DNA of 64,000 bases from Candidatus Bathyarchaeota archaeon (GCA_963717465.1 OY970340.1:320001-384000), one strand, 5' to 3'. Shown: positions 32,547-43,871, numbered from the stretch's first letter. Translations and numbers: made by a program. Notes: generated by a model not told the origin, from the sequence alone.

Positions 32547-33602
32547 ATGATAAAAGTGTGCCAAAGCAGCAAAAACTTGGGAAATAACAAGACTAAACAA
32601 AACATAAAGAAAGATGTAGAAAAAGAAAAGACTTTTATCTGCCCCCTTTTGTACTCGATTGAGGGGTTCATCATTAGCGCGCAAGATGTTTTAGCGATTC
32701 AGCAGCAGTATAAAATAATAGGCAGATTTGATGAGCTTGAGGAAGCTCTTTTAGCGGTAAAAGCCAAAAAGCACATACTAATTGAGGGCCCTGTTGGTGT
32801 GGGAAAGACAGTTATCGCTATGGCGCTGGCTAACTATCTCAAAAGAAACATCTACCGCGTTGACGGTGACGAACGTTATACGGAACAGAAGATGGTAGGC
32901 TGGTTTGATCCTCCACAGGTTATGGCAAAGGGATATTGTCAAGAAGCTTTCATTGAAGGCCCACTCATGAAGTCCATGGATGAAGGCGCATTCCTCTTTA
33001 TCAATGAACTTAACAGGATGCCTGAGGGCACTCAAAACGTTTTATTGCCAGCCATGGATGAGAGAAAAATTGTCGTTCCACGAATCGGCACCGTCACGGC
33101 AAAGGATGGCTTCCTTATAATTGCCACACAGAACCCTGAAGAATACATTGGTACTAGTCGACTAAGCGAAGCATTAAAGGACAGGTTTGTCTGGGTGAAA
33201 CTGAACTATCAGCCTGAGCAGGAAGAGGAGGAAATCGTGAAAAAGGAAACCTGTTCTTCAGATCAAATTCTTATTAAACTTGCAGTGAAAATCGGGAGAA
33301 AAACAAGAGAAATTCCTGAAATAAGAAGGGGCGCATCAATCAGGGGAGCAATCGACATTGTCTCGATAATGCAGCAAGCCACTTCACGAAACATTGCAGA
33401 TTTAACAACTCCTGAAATAAAAAAGATCCTTGAAAAAGCAGCAGTGCTTTCTCTGACCTCTAAAGTGGAGCTAAGAGAAGGTTCCCACGAGAAACTCATC
33501 GAAATCATTAAAAAAACGGTTGGCAAAGTCTTAGAGGAAATTATTCTTCAGAAAAAACCTGAATTGAAAGAGCCTACAAAGGAGCATTCGGAAAATTTTT
33601 GA
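32547..33602 (+). CDS. MoxR-family AAA+ ATPase (true start probably near 32673)
   Basis: GPVGVGKT, FINELNRM, IATQNP, LSEALKDRF. Confidence 0.88.
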   Translation: MIKVCQSSKNLGNNKTKQNIKKDVEKEKTFICPLLYSIEGFIISAQDVLAIQQQYKIIGRFDELEEALLAVKAKKHILIEGPVGVGKTVIAMALANYLKRNIYRVDGDERYTEQKMVGWFDPPQVMAKGYCQEAFIEGPLMKSMDEGAFLFINELNRMPEGTQNVLLPAMDERKIVVPRIGTVTAKDGFLIIATQNPEEYIGTSRLSEALKDRFVWVKLNYQPEQEEEEIVKKETCSSDQILIKLAVKIGRKTREIPEIRRGASIRGAIDIVSIMQQATSRNIADLTTPEIKKILEKAAVLSLTSKVELREGSHEKLIEIIKKTVGKVLEEIILQKKPELKEPTKEHSENF

Positions 33603-34534
33603 CAACCCTCCCTCTGGTGAGGGAGGATCTGAAACAGGGTGATTTTTTAAAAATTCGGCTTCTTATGGATAAGAGTCCCCAGACTTTAGCTGAGATTCTT
33701 CAAGACCCTGAAACCTTTAAGGAAATGCTGAAAGCTATTGAAAACGCTAACATGAAGCTTTCAGCTGCACTCTTTCTTTTTGAATTTCAATATCAAGACG
33801 CGCTCTTGACTTTGGAGCAGAAGCAGCTTGCAAAAGTTACGCTTATTCGAATCCTTATGCAGCTAGCTTCCAAGTTGTCTGCAAGGGGGATAAGGTCGAC
33901 ACAGCGAGTCCTCACCCCATTCAGGCCAGGACTAGACGAGATAGAGACCGAATGCACCATGGAGAACCTGCTGGGGAAGAAAATTGCCGAATACGAAGAC
34001 ATCATTATGGTGGATAAGCAGCCTAAGCAACGCGGAACCGTTCTGATGCTGGACATTAGCAATTCAATGCAGCGTGAAAAGATACTATTGGCAAGTTTAG
34101 CAATAGGTGTATTAGCTTACCGGTTAAAAGGAGAATACTACTCGATACTAACGTTTGCTGATAAAGTGGAAGTTATCAAGCAAATGGAAAAAACAATGAC
34201 CATCGAGGAATTGCTGGATAAGATGCTGGAAATTATGCCCAAAGGCGCAACGGACATAGGCAAAGCGTTAGATGAAGGACTTGAACAGCTTTCAAAGAAA
34301 GTTACCCATGAAAAAATTGGGATACTGATCACAGACGGCTGGGTAACAGCTGGCGACAACCCTGTGGACATTGCAAAAAACTACCCCAAACTGCACGTTC
34401 TGCAAGTACCAATCGGAGTAGGCGGCGGAGACGACCAAATGTGCATAGACATGGCTCAAGAAGGCAGAGGCATGAGACTTAAAATTAAGGATTTTGAAGA
34501 GATACCGCGCGCAATTCTTGAGGTTCTGAAATGA
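33599..34534 (+). CDS. VWA-domain partner of the MoxR ATPase
   Basis: MIDAS motif LDISNSM, GATDI, LITDG. Confidence 0.88.
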   Translation: MTTLPLVREDLKQGDFLKIRLLMDKSPQTLAEILQDPETFKEMLKAIENANMKLSAALFLFEFQYQDALLTLEQKQLAKVTLIRILMQLASKLSARGIRSTQRVLTPFRPGLDEIETECTMENLLGKKIAEYEDIIMVDKQPKQRGTVLMLDISNSMQREKILLASLAIGVLAYRLKGEYYSILTFADKVEVIKQMEKTMTIEELLDKMLEIMPKGATDIGKALDEGLEQLSKKVTHEKIGILITDGWVTAGDNPVDIAKNYPKLHVLQVPIGVGGGDDQMCIDMAQEGRGMRLKIKDFEEIPRAILEVLK

Positions 34535-34776
34535 GATGAGGCGGAAGCGCATTTAAAATTAAACCCAAATCCAAACTTCCTAACTATCCTTAATTCTCGT
34601 TTTCCTAGGTTCATATTCCCTTATTCTTAATCTCTTTGTATTACATTAGCGTATCAAATATCACATAAACAAAACATGTTTCTATTAATCATATATAATG
34701 GTTTTGTGTGAGTTTCAATTAGAAAAGTTTTTATGAGTGAAAAATTAAGTTTTTTAGCCAGAAGGGAAGAGAATTC

Positions 34777-35259
34777 TTGTTCCAAAGAGCCGTTCACGAC
34801 GATATTGCAATTTTTGTTCTTTGGATCATGGTGGCTTTTGTTTGGCTCCCAATAAGATATTTTAATCAATTTTTAAACTGTGGAACTCCACAGTCGTATT
34901 TGTTGTTAGCTATTATTCTTGGCGTCTTTTTTGGTGCATTTTGCAAAGCCCCACTGTCATTGAGAGAATTGAGAATTATTGAAAAAAAAGGTGAGTACAG
35001 GCTTTCTGGGGAAACTTATTCGGTGATGGTTCTAATTGTTTTAGTTTTAAGCATTTTAGTGCTTGAGCTAAAGGTTGTTTCCCTTCAAGGGTTAACTATT
35101 GCATTATTCTTTTATTATCCCTCTATTCCTGCAGTCTTTTTAACGGAGGCTATTTTTTATTACAGATGGGAAAGAAAGAACCAGAGAAATCTTTACACTA
35201 AAGGAAATTTTTTCAGAACTATAACTCAGAACCAGAAAATTGAAAATTCAACTCATTAA
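34777..35259 (+). CDS. Hypothetical membrane protein (start uncertain)
   Basis: Four hydrophobic segments. Confidence 0.55.
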   Translation: MFQRAVHDDIAIFVLWIMVAFVWLPIRYFNQFLNCGTPQSYLLLAIILGVFFGAFCKAPLSLRELRIIEKKGEYRLSGETYSVMVLIVLVLSILVLELKVVSLQGLTIALFFYYPSIPAVFLTEAIFYYRWERKNQRNLYTKGNFFRTITQNQKIENSTH

Positions 35260-35431
35260 AATTTCCACTACTCGATTCTAAATCGTATCCCAAAAAAATT
35301 AATTATGATTTACCCCAAAAAGTCATTTCGTTACATAACCGAATTTCCAATGGTTAAAATAAGTCATATTTTCAACAAAAGCTAAAGGCAAACCATAAAC
35401 CAAAAATGCTTAAGCCCTAAGTTCATAATGA

Positions 35432-36277
35432 ATGACTAAGTATAACGTGTTGGCGCTTAGCACTGAATATTGGAAACCGAAACAGGATTACTTAGATGAC
35501 ATAATTGATGCAGTTGAAGGCAGAATAGAAGATAACGATTTTGCAGTTGTGTCTGAAAAGGCTATTTCAACGGCAACAGGCAACATCATAGACGAAGACA
35601 AAATCAGCCCAACATTAACTTCAAAAGTGTTATCGCGTTTTTGGATGAGAATTATCTGGGGATATTTTCTTGGACCTCTTTGCGGTTTTGGTCCAAGGCT
35701 TCTAAATCGCCTAAGAAATTACCCTTTGGAAAGTGGAAGCCGCCACAAACAAGCAGCCTTGCAATACGCTGGATTTACGCAAGCACTAATGTTTGGCTCA
35801 GAAGGTGGAATCGACGGCTCAAACCTACCATATTCATACGTAAGCCTGCCCCTAAAGAACCCTGATGAAGAGGCAGAGAAAATTCGCAAACACATCAAAA
35901 CTTGCCTCAAAAAAACCGTCAATGTAATAATCGTTGACACCGACAAAACTTACCAATTCAAAAATTTCTGCTTCACGCCTCGGCCCCACCCGATAAAGGG
36001 CATTCACTCCGTAGGAGGAATAAGCTTGTACCTCACTGGAAGGATGCTGAAGCTTAAAAAAAGCTCTACACCAATCGGAATTACAGGCTTCAAAATAAGC
36101 GCAGTAAGCGCTCTACAAATTGCAAACATTGCTGATAGAGCAAGGGGACCGGGTTCTGGCGCAACAGTTTGGGATATGGCAGCACGTTTCCATGTTCAGG
36201 TGAACGGAGTTAGCTGGGAAATGCTAACTAAAATGAAACATAAACCCTTGGTGCTAGTTAGAATTTCAAGTGAATAA
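35432..36277 (+). CDS. Coenzyme F420-0:gamma-glutamyl ligase (CofE)-like protein
   Basis: VVSEKAISTA.G, GGIDGSN, VIIVDTD. Confidence 0.78.
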   Translation: MTKYNVLALSTEYWKPKQDYLDDIIDAVEGRIEDNDFAVVSEKAISTATGNIIDEDKISPTLTSKVLSRFWMRIIWGYFLGPLCGFGPRLLNRLRNYPLESGSRHKQAALQYAGFTQALMFGSEGGIDGSNLPYSYVSLPLKNPDEEAEKIRKHIKTCLKKTVNVIIVDTDKTYQFKNFCFTPRPHPIKGIHSVGGISLYLTGRMLKLKKSSTPIGITGFKISAVSALQIANIADRARGPGSGATVWDMAARFHVQVNGVSWEMLTKMKHKPLVLVRISSE

Positions 36278-36363
36278 AAGTATTTAACATGCTCTCCAAC
36301 TACTAATTGTTAGCGAACCTTCTTGTAATCAAACTAATCAACAGAATCACTAAGGGTATAGGA

Positions 36364-37872
36364 ATGGAAGAAGACATACATAAGTTAGATTCATTTTTTA
36401 ACCCAAAATCGGTTGCAATAATCGGGGCTACTAAAAAAGTAGATAAAGCAGGATACGTGATCTTCAAAAACATCGCCAACAACAAGCAACATGGAATTTT
36501 CAAGGGAGAACTCTACCCCGTGAACCCCAATGACGACTCAATTTTAGGCTTCAAATGTTACCCTTCAATCACAAAGATACCAAACGAAATCGAGTTAATC
36601 GTCGTCATAATTCCAGCGAACCTTGTTTTGGGCATTTTGGAAGAAGCCGCCACGAAAAAAGTTAAGACGGCAATTATAATAAGTTCAGGATTCAGAGAAA
36701 TCGGCAACGTTCAACTTGAAGAACAATTAGTTGACGTAGCCAAGAAAAATGGCATAAGAATTCTGGGACCCAACTGTTTAGGAGTTTATTATTCGAAAAC
36801 TGGTATTGACACGCTTTTTCTCCCAGAAACCAAAGTTCTAACAACCGGGGATGACGTGGTTGCAACGCCAAGACCTATGCCTGGCAACATAGCCATGGTC
36901 ACTCAAAGCGGAGCATTCGGCGTTGCCGCTATGGACTACTTAACTGGCAGGCAGATGGGCATTAGCAAATTTGTAAGTTTCGGCAACAAGTGCGATGTAA
37001 CAGAAACAGACATTCTCCATTACCTTCTGCATGACAAGGAAACGCAGGTCATACTTGTTTACTTGGAAGACATAAAATCAGGCAAAGAATTCCTGAAAAC
37101 TTCCAAGAAAGTAACTGTTAAAAAACCGGTTGTCGTCATCAAATCGGGAAAGAGTGAAGCGGGTGCACGAGCTGCAGCCTCGCATACTGGCGCGATTGCT
37201 GGGTCAGACAAGATATATGATGCTGCTTTTGAGCAGGGTGGAATTATAAGAGCAAGGGACATGGAGGAGTTCTTCGACGTTGGAAAAGCATTGGCGATGC
37301 AGCCGCCTGCTCAAGGCAAGAACGTCGGCATACTAACGGACGCTGGTGGACCAGGAGTTATGACGGTTGATGAATGTGAACTTTTAGGGCTCACTGTAGA
37401 GCATTTTTCGGACGAAACCAGTCAGAAATTCAAGGAACTTAAAGATGAAAACGTGATATTGCAGATTGCGGCCACTTCGAATCCTGTTGACCTTACAGGT
37501 TCAGTTACTGATGACATGTTCAAAATCGCCTCAGACATCATGTTCCAAGACAAAGATATTTACGGCATAATTTTGCTGGGGCTTCACCACATGCCGGGCC
37601 TGAAAGAAAAATACATTGGTGACGTGGTAAAAGTTGCTTCAAACTACTGCAAACCCATAGTAATGTGCGACATCGGCGAAACAGAAATGGCCCTCTACAC
37701 AAGATCCAGGTTTGATAAACTCGGCGTGCCCTCTTACTCCTCGCCTGAAGACGCCGCGAGAGCCATGAAAGCATTGGTAACTTATGGTTCATACCTGCAA
37801 AAAAATAATTGCCTAGAAGAATACCTCGCAGAATTCCAGAAAAGAAAAAACAACACTAAAATACCGCAGTAA
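36364..37872 (+). CDS. acdA: ADP-forming acetate/acyl-CoA ligase alpha subunit
   Basis: FFNPKSVAIIGA, GPNCLG, TQSGA, AAASHTGAIAG, NPVDLTG. Confidence 0.9.
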   Translation: MEEDIHKLDSFFNPKSVAIIGATKKVDKAGYVIFKNIANNKQHGIFKGELYPVNPNDDSILGFKCYPSITKIPNEIELIVVIIPANLVLGILEEAATKKVKTAIIISSGFREIGNVQLEEQLVDVAKKNGIRILGPNCLGVYYSKTGIDTLFLPETKVLTTGDDVVATPRPMPGNIAMVTQSGAFGVAAMDYLTGRQMGISKFVSFGNKCDVTETDILHYLLHDKETQVILVYLEDIKSGKEFLKTSKKVTVKKPVVVIKSGKSEAGARAAASHTGAIAGSDKIYDAAFEQGGIIRARDMEEFFDVGKALAMQPPAQGKNVGILTDAGGPGVMTVDECELLGLTVEHFSDETSQKFKELKDENVILQIAATSNPVDLTGSVTDDMFKIASDIMFQDKDIYGIILLGLHHMPGLKEKYIGDVVKVASNYCKPIVMCDIGETEMALYTRSRFDKLGVPSYSSPEDAARAMKALVTYGSYLQKNNCLEEYLAEFQKRKNNTKIPQ

Positions 37873-38230
37873 CGACAACTCGACTCCCATCAATCAACTT
37901 CAACTTTTCACGCAGATAAACCGGAGCAATAACCTCCAAAACATCACTCGGATAATCAGGCATTATAGGAATCACAATCCCACAGTCAAAACCATTAATT
38001 TGCGCTTTGAATAGTTTGCCAGGTAAGTAGCCTTTCTCAGGCAAAATATCCATTGCCCCCGAAGTCTTAAGCAAATTCGTGTTTTTATTTTCTTTTTCTA
38101 AACGTATGTTTAATGTTCCAGGAAAAGGAATAAAATTCAATTTTTCATTTATCTGCCGCTCGACCCATGGTAAATTGGTGAATTTTTTGCCGTTGCCCTT
38201 GCCTGAAAAAACGGTGCCTGCTAACTCCAT
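37856..38230 (-). CDS. ribK: CTP-dependent riboflavin kinase
   Basis: GTVFSGKGNG, PFPGTLN, LEVIAPVYLR. Confidence 0.9.
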   Translation of the reverse strand: MELAGTVFSGKGNGKKFTNLPWVERQINEKLNFIPFPGTLNIRLEKENKNTNLLKTSGAMDILPEKGYLPGKLFKAQINGFDCGIVIPIMPDYPSDVLEVIAPVYLREKLKLIDGSRVVVTAVF

Positions 38231-38267
38231 TTTTTGCAAAAGCAAGCCTTCGAAGGTTGCTTAGAGC

Positions 38268-38636
38268 TTATTTTTGTTCTTTTAGCCATTGGGCGACCTT
38301 TTTCAGGGTTGCATCTGATGAAATGTCAACGACTGGAATGATCATTTTTTCTTTTGTCTCGATCGTCGGGGAGTATTTGGGCATCAGCGCGTATCCGACA
38401 AAAGTCCAATAAACCTTGCCTGCTTCTAAAAGCTCCTTAGCAACCGCGGCTGTTGAAGCAGTCAGGGGGAAATATAGGAAAACTACTCCATCAACCCAAT
38501 ATAAACCTGCAAGTTTGCCTCCGGCAATTACTGATGTAAAACGTGCTATTTCGTCAGGCGATTCGAACCGTGTCTTCTCCATAATAACTATTTCCTTAAA
38601 TGGTTCATAACTAATCTTGACATCGTTCTTGCTCAT
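38268..38636 (-). CDS. Hypothetical protein
   Basis: 122-aa ORF with GGTGA ribosome-binding site, co-oriented with ribK. Confidence 0.7.
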   Translation of the reverse strand: MSKNDVKISYEPFKEIVIMEKTRFESPDEIARFTSVIAGGKLAGLYWVDGVVFLYFPLTASTAAVAKELLEAGKVYWTFVGYALMPKYSPTIETKEKMIIPVVDISSDATLKKVAQWLKEQK

Positions 38637-38859
38637 TCGTTTTCACCGATTGCTTACTTAATTTGTAAATGGCTCCCTTTTAATTTTACCTATAGCTTAT
38701 CCTTCCAGAAAATAGGTTTGCTTAATATGTAATGTTAAGCTTACCATTTATTCAGATGCGGAAATGGCGCTTGAATAATTCCTTGTTTGCGAATAATTAT
38801 CTTCTTGTGGGAAATAATTTAAATCTGTGGGGAATATCTATTTTTGGTGGGAACAGATT

Positions 38860-39111
38860 ATGGTTGAGACCACGACTAAACTGGATGAGAAAGGACGCGT
38901 TAGAATTCCCAAGCAAATCAGGGAAGCTGCTCAGCTTAAAGAGGGAAGCTGTGTCAACATCAAAGCAAAAGGTAAAACTATAATCATTGAACCTGCTGAG
39001 CCTGTAGCTGACAAATACTACGGAGCATTCAAAGTGGAAAAATGGCCTGAGGATATGGATGAATTCGTTGGAGAGGAAATGCAGAAACGCTGGAAACAAC
39101 GAAGTACGTAG
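38860..39111 (+). CDS. AbrB/MazE-type antitoxin
   Basis: KLDEKGRVRIPKQIREAAQLKEG. Confidence 0.85.
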   Translation: MVETTTKLDEKGRVRIPKQIREAAQLKEGSCVNIKAKGKTIIIEPAEPVADKYYGAFKVEKWPEDMDEFVGEEMQKRWKQRST

Positions 39112-39509
39112 ATGTCAACATATTTGTTTACTGGCTAGGTAAACATCCGAAATTCGGTGAAACAGCATACAAGTGGATCCAAAAAATCGAAAACTCTGCC
39201 AGCAAGGAATACGTTACTTCAAGCTTGACAGTCTACGAAACTCTTGTTATACTGGCCGGACTTTCCAAAAGAAACCTAAAAGATAACGAACTTGTGGAAG
39301 AGGTCACCAACGCCTTAACGAACATGAAAGGCTTAACAATTGAGCCCCTCAAACTCGAGGACCTCAAAGCTGCAACAGACCTGATGGGGAACCACAAAAT
39401 CGATTATGAAGACGCATTACACTTGGCCGTTGCAATGAGAATTGGTGCCCAAGAAATAATATCAAACGACAAACACTTTGCCACTACCAACATAAAAAGA
39501 ATTATTTAA
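39090..39509 (+). CDS. VapC/PIN toxin (probable CTG start)
   Basis: KYVDVNIFVYWL in frame upstream of the tracked ORF; YET, DYEDALHLA, ISNDKHF. Confidence 0.85.
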   Translation: METTKYVDVNIFVYWLGKHPKFGETAYKWIQKIENSASKEYVTSSLTVYETLVILAGLSKRNLKDNELVEEVTNALTNMKGLTIEPLKLEDLKAATDLMGNHKIDYEDALHLAVAMRIGAQEIISNDKHFATTNIKRII

Positions 39510-39680
39510 GGAATCGTGCATATTACCGAAATTCTTCAGCGTCTCTTTTCGCCGCTTTTTCTTTGAAACCTGGAAACTAAACACCGACCGAGACTGCAAC
39601 TTGTCTTAATGTAAGGAAAAAAGTTATAGCGTAGGTGAGCGTTAAGCCTTCAACAACGATTCATGTTCGGATGGTTATTT

Positions 39681-40760
39681 ATGCCTGAAATCCGCGTGGC
39701 ACTTGTAGGTGTCGGCAATAGTGCATCAGCCCTGATTCAGGGCACACAATATTACAAGGATGCAAAAGAAACAGAGACCGTTCCAGGACTTATGCATGTT
39801 AGCTACGGTGGTTACCACATAAAGGACATAAGATTTGTAGCGGCTTTTGAAGTAAACAAGGACAAGATAGGCAAAGACCTATCAGAAGCAATCTTCACTA
39901 AGCCGAACTGCTGCGAAAAATTCTCAAAAGTACCGAACCTCGGCGTAAAAGTTTCTCCTGCGCCTATACTGGATGGAGTTGCTCCGCATATGCGAGAGAC
40001 TTTTAACGTTTATGATGATAGTAAAACAGATAAGGCAAGCGTTGTTAAAATTCTCAAGGATTGCAAAACGCAAGTGCTTGTGAATTATCTTCCTGTTGGA
40101 AGTCATGATGCTGCACGGTTTTATGCTCAATGTGCTATGGATGCGGGTTGCGCGTTTGTTAATTGTATGCCTGAATTCATTGGTTCCGAGAAGGAATGGT
40201 CAGATAAATTCTTGAATGCTGGGTTGCCAGTGCTGGGTGATGACATAAAAAGCCAGGTTGGTGCGACGATTTTGCATCGCACTTTGGTGAGGCTTTGCCT
40301 TGATCGCGGAGTAATCGTTGATGAAACATACCAGCTTAATTTAGGTGGAGATACTGATTTTCAAAACATGACTGTTGAGAACCGCCTGAAATCCAAACGC
40401 ATCAGCAAAACTGAAGCAGTGACAAGCCTTGTACCATACGAGTTGCCAACACGGATTGGCCCGTCAGATTATGTTGGTTTTCTGAATAACAAGAAAATCT
40501 GTTATATTTCGCTTAAAGGTCGCAAGTTTGGTGATCGCCCGATTAATATTAGCCTTAAGCTTGAGGTTGAGGATTCACCTAACAGCGCTGGAGTGGTGAT
40601 TGATTTGATTCGCGCGGCTAAAATAGCATTAGACCGCAAAATCGCAGGTGCGCTGTTAAGCATGCCTTCGTATGCGTTTAAGCATCCGCCGATTCAAGTG
40701 CCTGATTCACAAGCTAGGCAATGGACGGAAGATTGGATAGCAGGCAAACGGGAAAGATAA
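39681..40760 (+). CDS. ino1: myo-inositol-1-phosphate synthase
   Basis: GVGNSASALIQG, NYLPVGS, GDDIKSQVGAT, DSPNSAG. Confidence 0.95.
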   Translation: MPEIRVALVGVGNSASALIQGTQYYKDAKETETVPGLMHVSYGGYHIKDIRFVAAFEVNKDKIGKDLSEAIFTKPNCCEKFSKVPNLGVKVSPAPILDGVAPHMRETFNVYDDSKTDKASVVKILKDCKTQVLVNYLPVGSHDAARFYAQCAMDAGCAFVNCMPEFIGSEKEWSDKFLNAGLPVLGDDIKSQVGATILHRTLVRLCLDRGVIVDETYQLNLGGDTDFQNMTVENRLKSKRISKTEAVTSLVPYELPTRIGPSDYVGFLNNKKICYISLKGRKFGDRPINISLKLEVEDSPNSAGVVIDLIRAAKIALDRKIAGALLSMPSYAFKHPPIQVPDSQARQWTEDWIAGKRER

Positions 40761-40865
40761 GGTTAGCATTTGAATGGATGTAGTTAGTTGCGTTTGATGA
40801 TGTGGAAGATTTTTAAGCTTGAAATTATAATTTAGAAACTGTTTAGAAACTAAAAGGTGCAAGTT

Positions 40866-41273
40866 ATGGTACGTGTTGGAAATTATGAAGTTCCAGAAGG
40901 GCTCTATTACTCGAAAGATTTTGAATGGATAAAGATTGAAGCAGATAAAGTTCGGATGGGTATAACTGATTACGCTCAAAAATCGTTAAGAGAAATCGTT
41001 TTTGCCCAAATGAATCCATCCGGAACTGAAGTGAAGCAGGGAGAACCGTATGGTTCAGTGGAATCCGTTAAAGCTGTTTCAGACTTAATCTCAGCAGCAA
41101 GCGGAACTATCGAAAAAGTTAACGAGGAAGTGCAGTCTAAACCAGAACTGATAAACGAAGATCCCTACGGGAAAGGCTGGCTAATCATACTTAAACCCTC
41201 GAACCTAAACGCTGAACTTGCTAACTTAATGGATTTCAATAAAGCCGTCGAATGGCATAAAGCTCAAAAGTAA
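40866..41273 (+). CDS. gcvH: Glycine cleavage system H protein
   Basis: GITDYAQ, VESVKAVSD (lipoyl Lys), NEDPYGKGW. Confidence 0.95.
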   Translation: MVRVGNYEVPEGLYYSKDFEWIKIEADKVRMGITDYAQKSLREIVFAQMNPSGTEVKQGEPYGSVESVKAVSDLISAASGTIEKVNEEVQSKPELINEDPYGKGWLIILKPSNLNAELANLMDFNKAVEWHKAQK

Positions 41274-41436
41274 GCGCACGTCACGTCATCTCTTAAATAA
41301 AGAGACCCTCTTTTTATTGGCTTAGATAACATGCTTAAGTTAACTTTCGGACTTAAGCCATGTATTCTTGTTAATGGTTAACAAAAATGATTTTTGTTTG
41401 TTGTTTTTGTTTTGATTCTTGCTTTATTTTACATGT

Positions 41437-41877
41437 TTATGGCTGAGTGAATGGTTCAGTCATTCCAGCTAGCAATTTTCCAAACGTGTTGATGTGCGTT
41501 TCTTCGTCAGCTAAAATTTCTTCGAGCAAGCGTCTTGTGGTGTAGTCTCCTTCTTCAGCAGCTGTCTGGATTCCATGCTTGTAAAGTTCGATTGCGCCTT
41601 CCTCGTCTTCTTCATTCTGCCTTAACATTTCGATCAAGCTTCCGCCGACAAATATGGGTTCAGGTTTAGTTGTTGGTATGCCATTTAAGTAGTCGAGCCG
41701 CTCGGCAAGCCTTTCAGCATGCTTCATCTCGGCAATAGCGATTTTTCTGAAAGTGCCCTCGGTAATTGCGCCGTTTAATCCTGTTACTTGTATATGTTGC
41801 CACATGTATTGAATGGAAACTTGAAGTTCGCGTGCGATAGCCTCGTTTAAGAGGTCGAGCAGTTTTTTTGAAGCCAT
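41437..41877 (-). CDS. Ferritin-like/bacterioferritin-family protein
   Basis: ARELQVSIQY, EMKHAE, EEGAI..Y, DEETH ferroxidase-type motifs. Confidence 0.88.
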   Translation of the reverse strand: MASKKLLDLLNEAIARELQVSIQYMWQHIQVTGLNGAITEGTFRKIAIAEMKHAERLAERLDYLNGIPTTKPEPIFVGGSLIEMLRQNEEDEEGAIELYKHGIQTAAEEGDYTTRRLLEEILADEETHINTFGKLLAGMTEPFTQP

Positions 41878-42041
41878 AAAAATCCTTCTATTAAGCAAGT
41901 AGCCTACTTCATGTATTTAACATGTTTGTTTCGGAACAATTTAGCCAGTAAGAAACAGGAAGCTATTCGTTAATGTTATGCAAAAAGTATATTTGACAGG
42001 TAGCCATCAAAGTCTTAGCCAAAACAGAAGGTTACTGCTAA

Positions 42042-42203
42042 ATGCCCATACTTGATCCAGTTAAAAAAGCAATAGCGCAAAAGCACAGGTTGTACATGAA
42101 GATTTGCAGGGACTGCGGCGCACGGAACGCTGAAACCGCAATAAAATGCAGAAAATGCAAAGGAAAAAACCTGCGCTGGAAGAAACGAGAAATAGTAAAG
42201 TAA
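42042..42203 (+). CDS. rpl40e: 50S ribosomal protein L40e (not in the ORF track)
   Basis: MPILDPVKKAIAQKHRLYMKICRDCGARNAETAIKCRKCKGKNLRWKKREIVK. Confidence 0.93.
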   Translation: MPILDPVKKAIAQKHRLYMKICRDCGARNAETAIKCRKCKGKNLRWKKREIVK

Positions 42204-42512
42204 ATTTAACTTACAGGTTAAAGAATCTATATTACTTTTTTAGATTTCTTTTGGAGGGCGCTTTCTTGATGAAACTCCAAGACGATCTTGGCATAATCCG
42301 AACAAATTCTTCAAGCTGCAGGCTTGCATTCAGGCATGGTCTTAGTGCGTTTATTGCATATTTTTTAGTTTAATGCTTCTCATTAAGCTCTTGTTAATTT
42401 AGGTTGATAGGCATCTGTAATCTGAGTTAAAAACCATGCTTCAAGAGACCCAAAATTTCACTTTTTTGTTTTCTGAAAAAGAAGAAATAGTAGTTACTAT
42501 CTAACAGTTTCT

Positions 42513-43332
42513 ATGCGATTACTCTTTAAAGAAGCCATTCAAACCTGTTTTAGCCCAACAGATGACCGATTAAAGAAGCTCACCAAATGGGTTGAAAACT
42601 CAAACTCCGCAAGAGACACAAAAAACCTAAACAAAAAACTTAACCAGTATGATAAAGCGGAAGAACTCATCGCTTTCTACACTTTTGCACCATTAGTGTT
42701 AAGTCTAAACAGGGTAGGGTTAACAAACAGAATACTATCATTAGCTAATGTAAGTGCGTTTGAAGAGAGTGTGGAAGAAATAGCTCTCGAAAAACAATTC
42801 AACCCACCAAAAGAATACCTACGATGGCTCAGAAAACAATGTGACAATCACCCCATTAGATATGTTAGAGAGCAAGCAAAACTGCATAAGGATAACCAGC
42901 GATTAGAAGGAAATACACATGCTGATGCATTCATTCAAACCGACAAACTGCTCATCTTCTTCGAAATTAAGTTCACTTCAGACATTTCATGTGACACTAC
43001 CTTTGACCCATGTAGAAATCAATTGGCAAGACTTGTTGATGTCGGTTTAGAAGTTAACGAACAAAATGGCAAAGAAGTTCTTGTAATCCTATCAACTCCA
43101 CGTAAACTCTACGAGAGTAAAAGCAGATTCTATTATTACAAAATCGGAGTACGCTCACCCAGAAAAGATGAAGGAAGACATTGAGTGGAGAAGCGTTGCA
43201 ACTATTAGAGATAATGTCTTAGCTGTAAGGTGGATTGCTCTCGAAGACTTAATTGATGCACTCTACAGAGACTTTGAGCATAAGGATAAGAAAGAAGCAT
43301 TAGAATTTTTCAAAGAGAAAAACCTCTTGTAA
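42513..43332 (+). CDS. Putative PD-(D/E)xK nuclease (frameshift near 43147)
   Basis: EGNTHADAFI..FFEIKFTSD..RNQLAR; continues in another frame to TAA at 43332. Confidence 0.6.
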
Positions 43333-43365
43333 AATCTGTGAAAGAGATTAAGTCATTATTCTTTT

Positions 43366-43689
43366 TTAGTCCTCAATGTTTTTAATTAATTTTTTTAATG
43401 ACTCAAGGGTTTTCTTAACTGTTAGATTGTTAAGAAGATCCAGGTTCAATTCTATTGCCTTATTATCATTTAAAGAATCGTCTGTCATGAAGTCTATTAC
43501 TACCTCACTGAAGACCTTCCAGAGCTTTGACATTGGCATATTGTAGGTTTCATCATCTGTAAAGCCTTCTTTACGCATTCTTCCTAACATTTCATTAATT
43601 AATGCAACTTCAAGCGTTCCTTGCTTTTTTGCTTCATCTACAAATTCTTTGAAAGTCATGTCTAAAACATCTTTGACTATGTCAGACAT
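43366..43689 (-). CDS. Hypothetical protein, paralog of 12982-13305
   Basis: Same length (107 aa), strong similarity, conserved upstream DNA. Confidence 0.75.
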   Translation of the reverse strand: MSDIVKDVLDMTFKEFVDEAKKQGTLEVALINEMLGRMRKEGFTDDETYNMPMSKLWKVFSEVVIDFMTDDSLNDNKAIELNLDLLNNLTVKKTLESLKKLIKNIED

Positions 43690-43871
43690 ATCATATTTTT
43701 TGTTTGGTTGCTATTTTAACTACTATTGCATACAAAAATAGATGCACATTTAACCTAACAACGCTTTTCCTATGTGTAGGATTAGACAGTTAGTAAAGTG
43801 AGCGTTAAGTTTGTTGTTACTTAGACGAGACAACATATACCTATATACTATCTTATAATTTCATTCGCTAA

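Noticed and set aside
42146..42373. Tracked 75-aa ORF
   Set aside because: It overlaps rpl40e out of frame and has no recognisable motif
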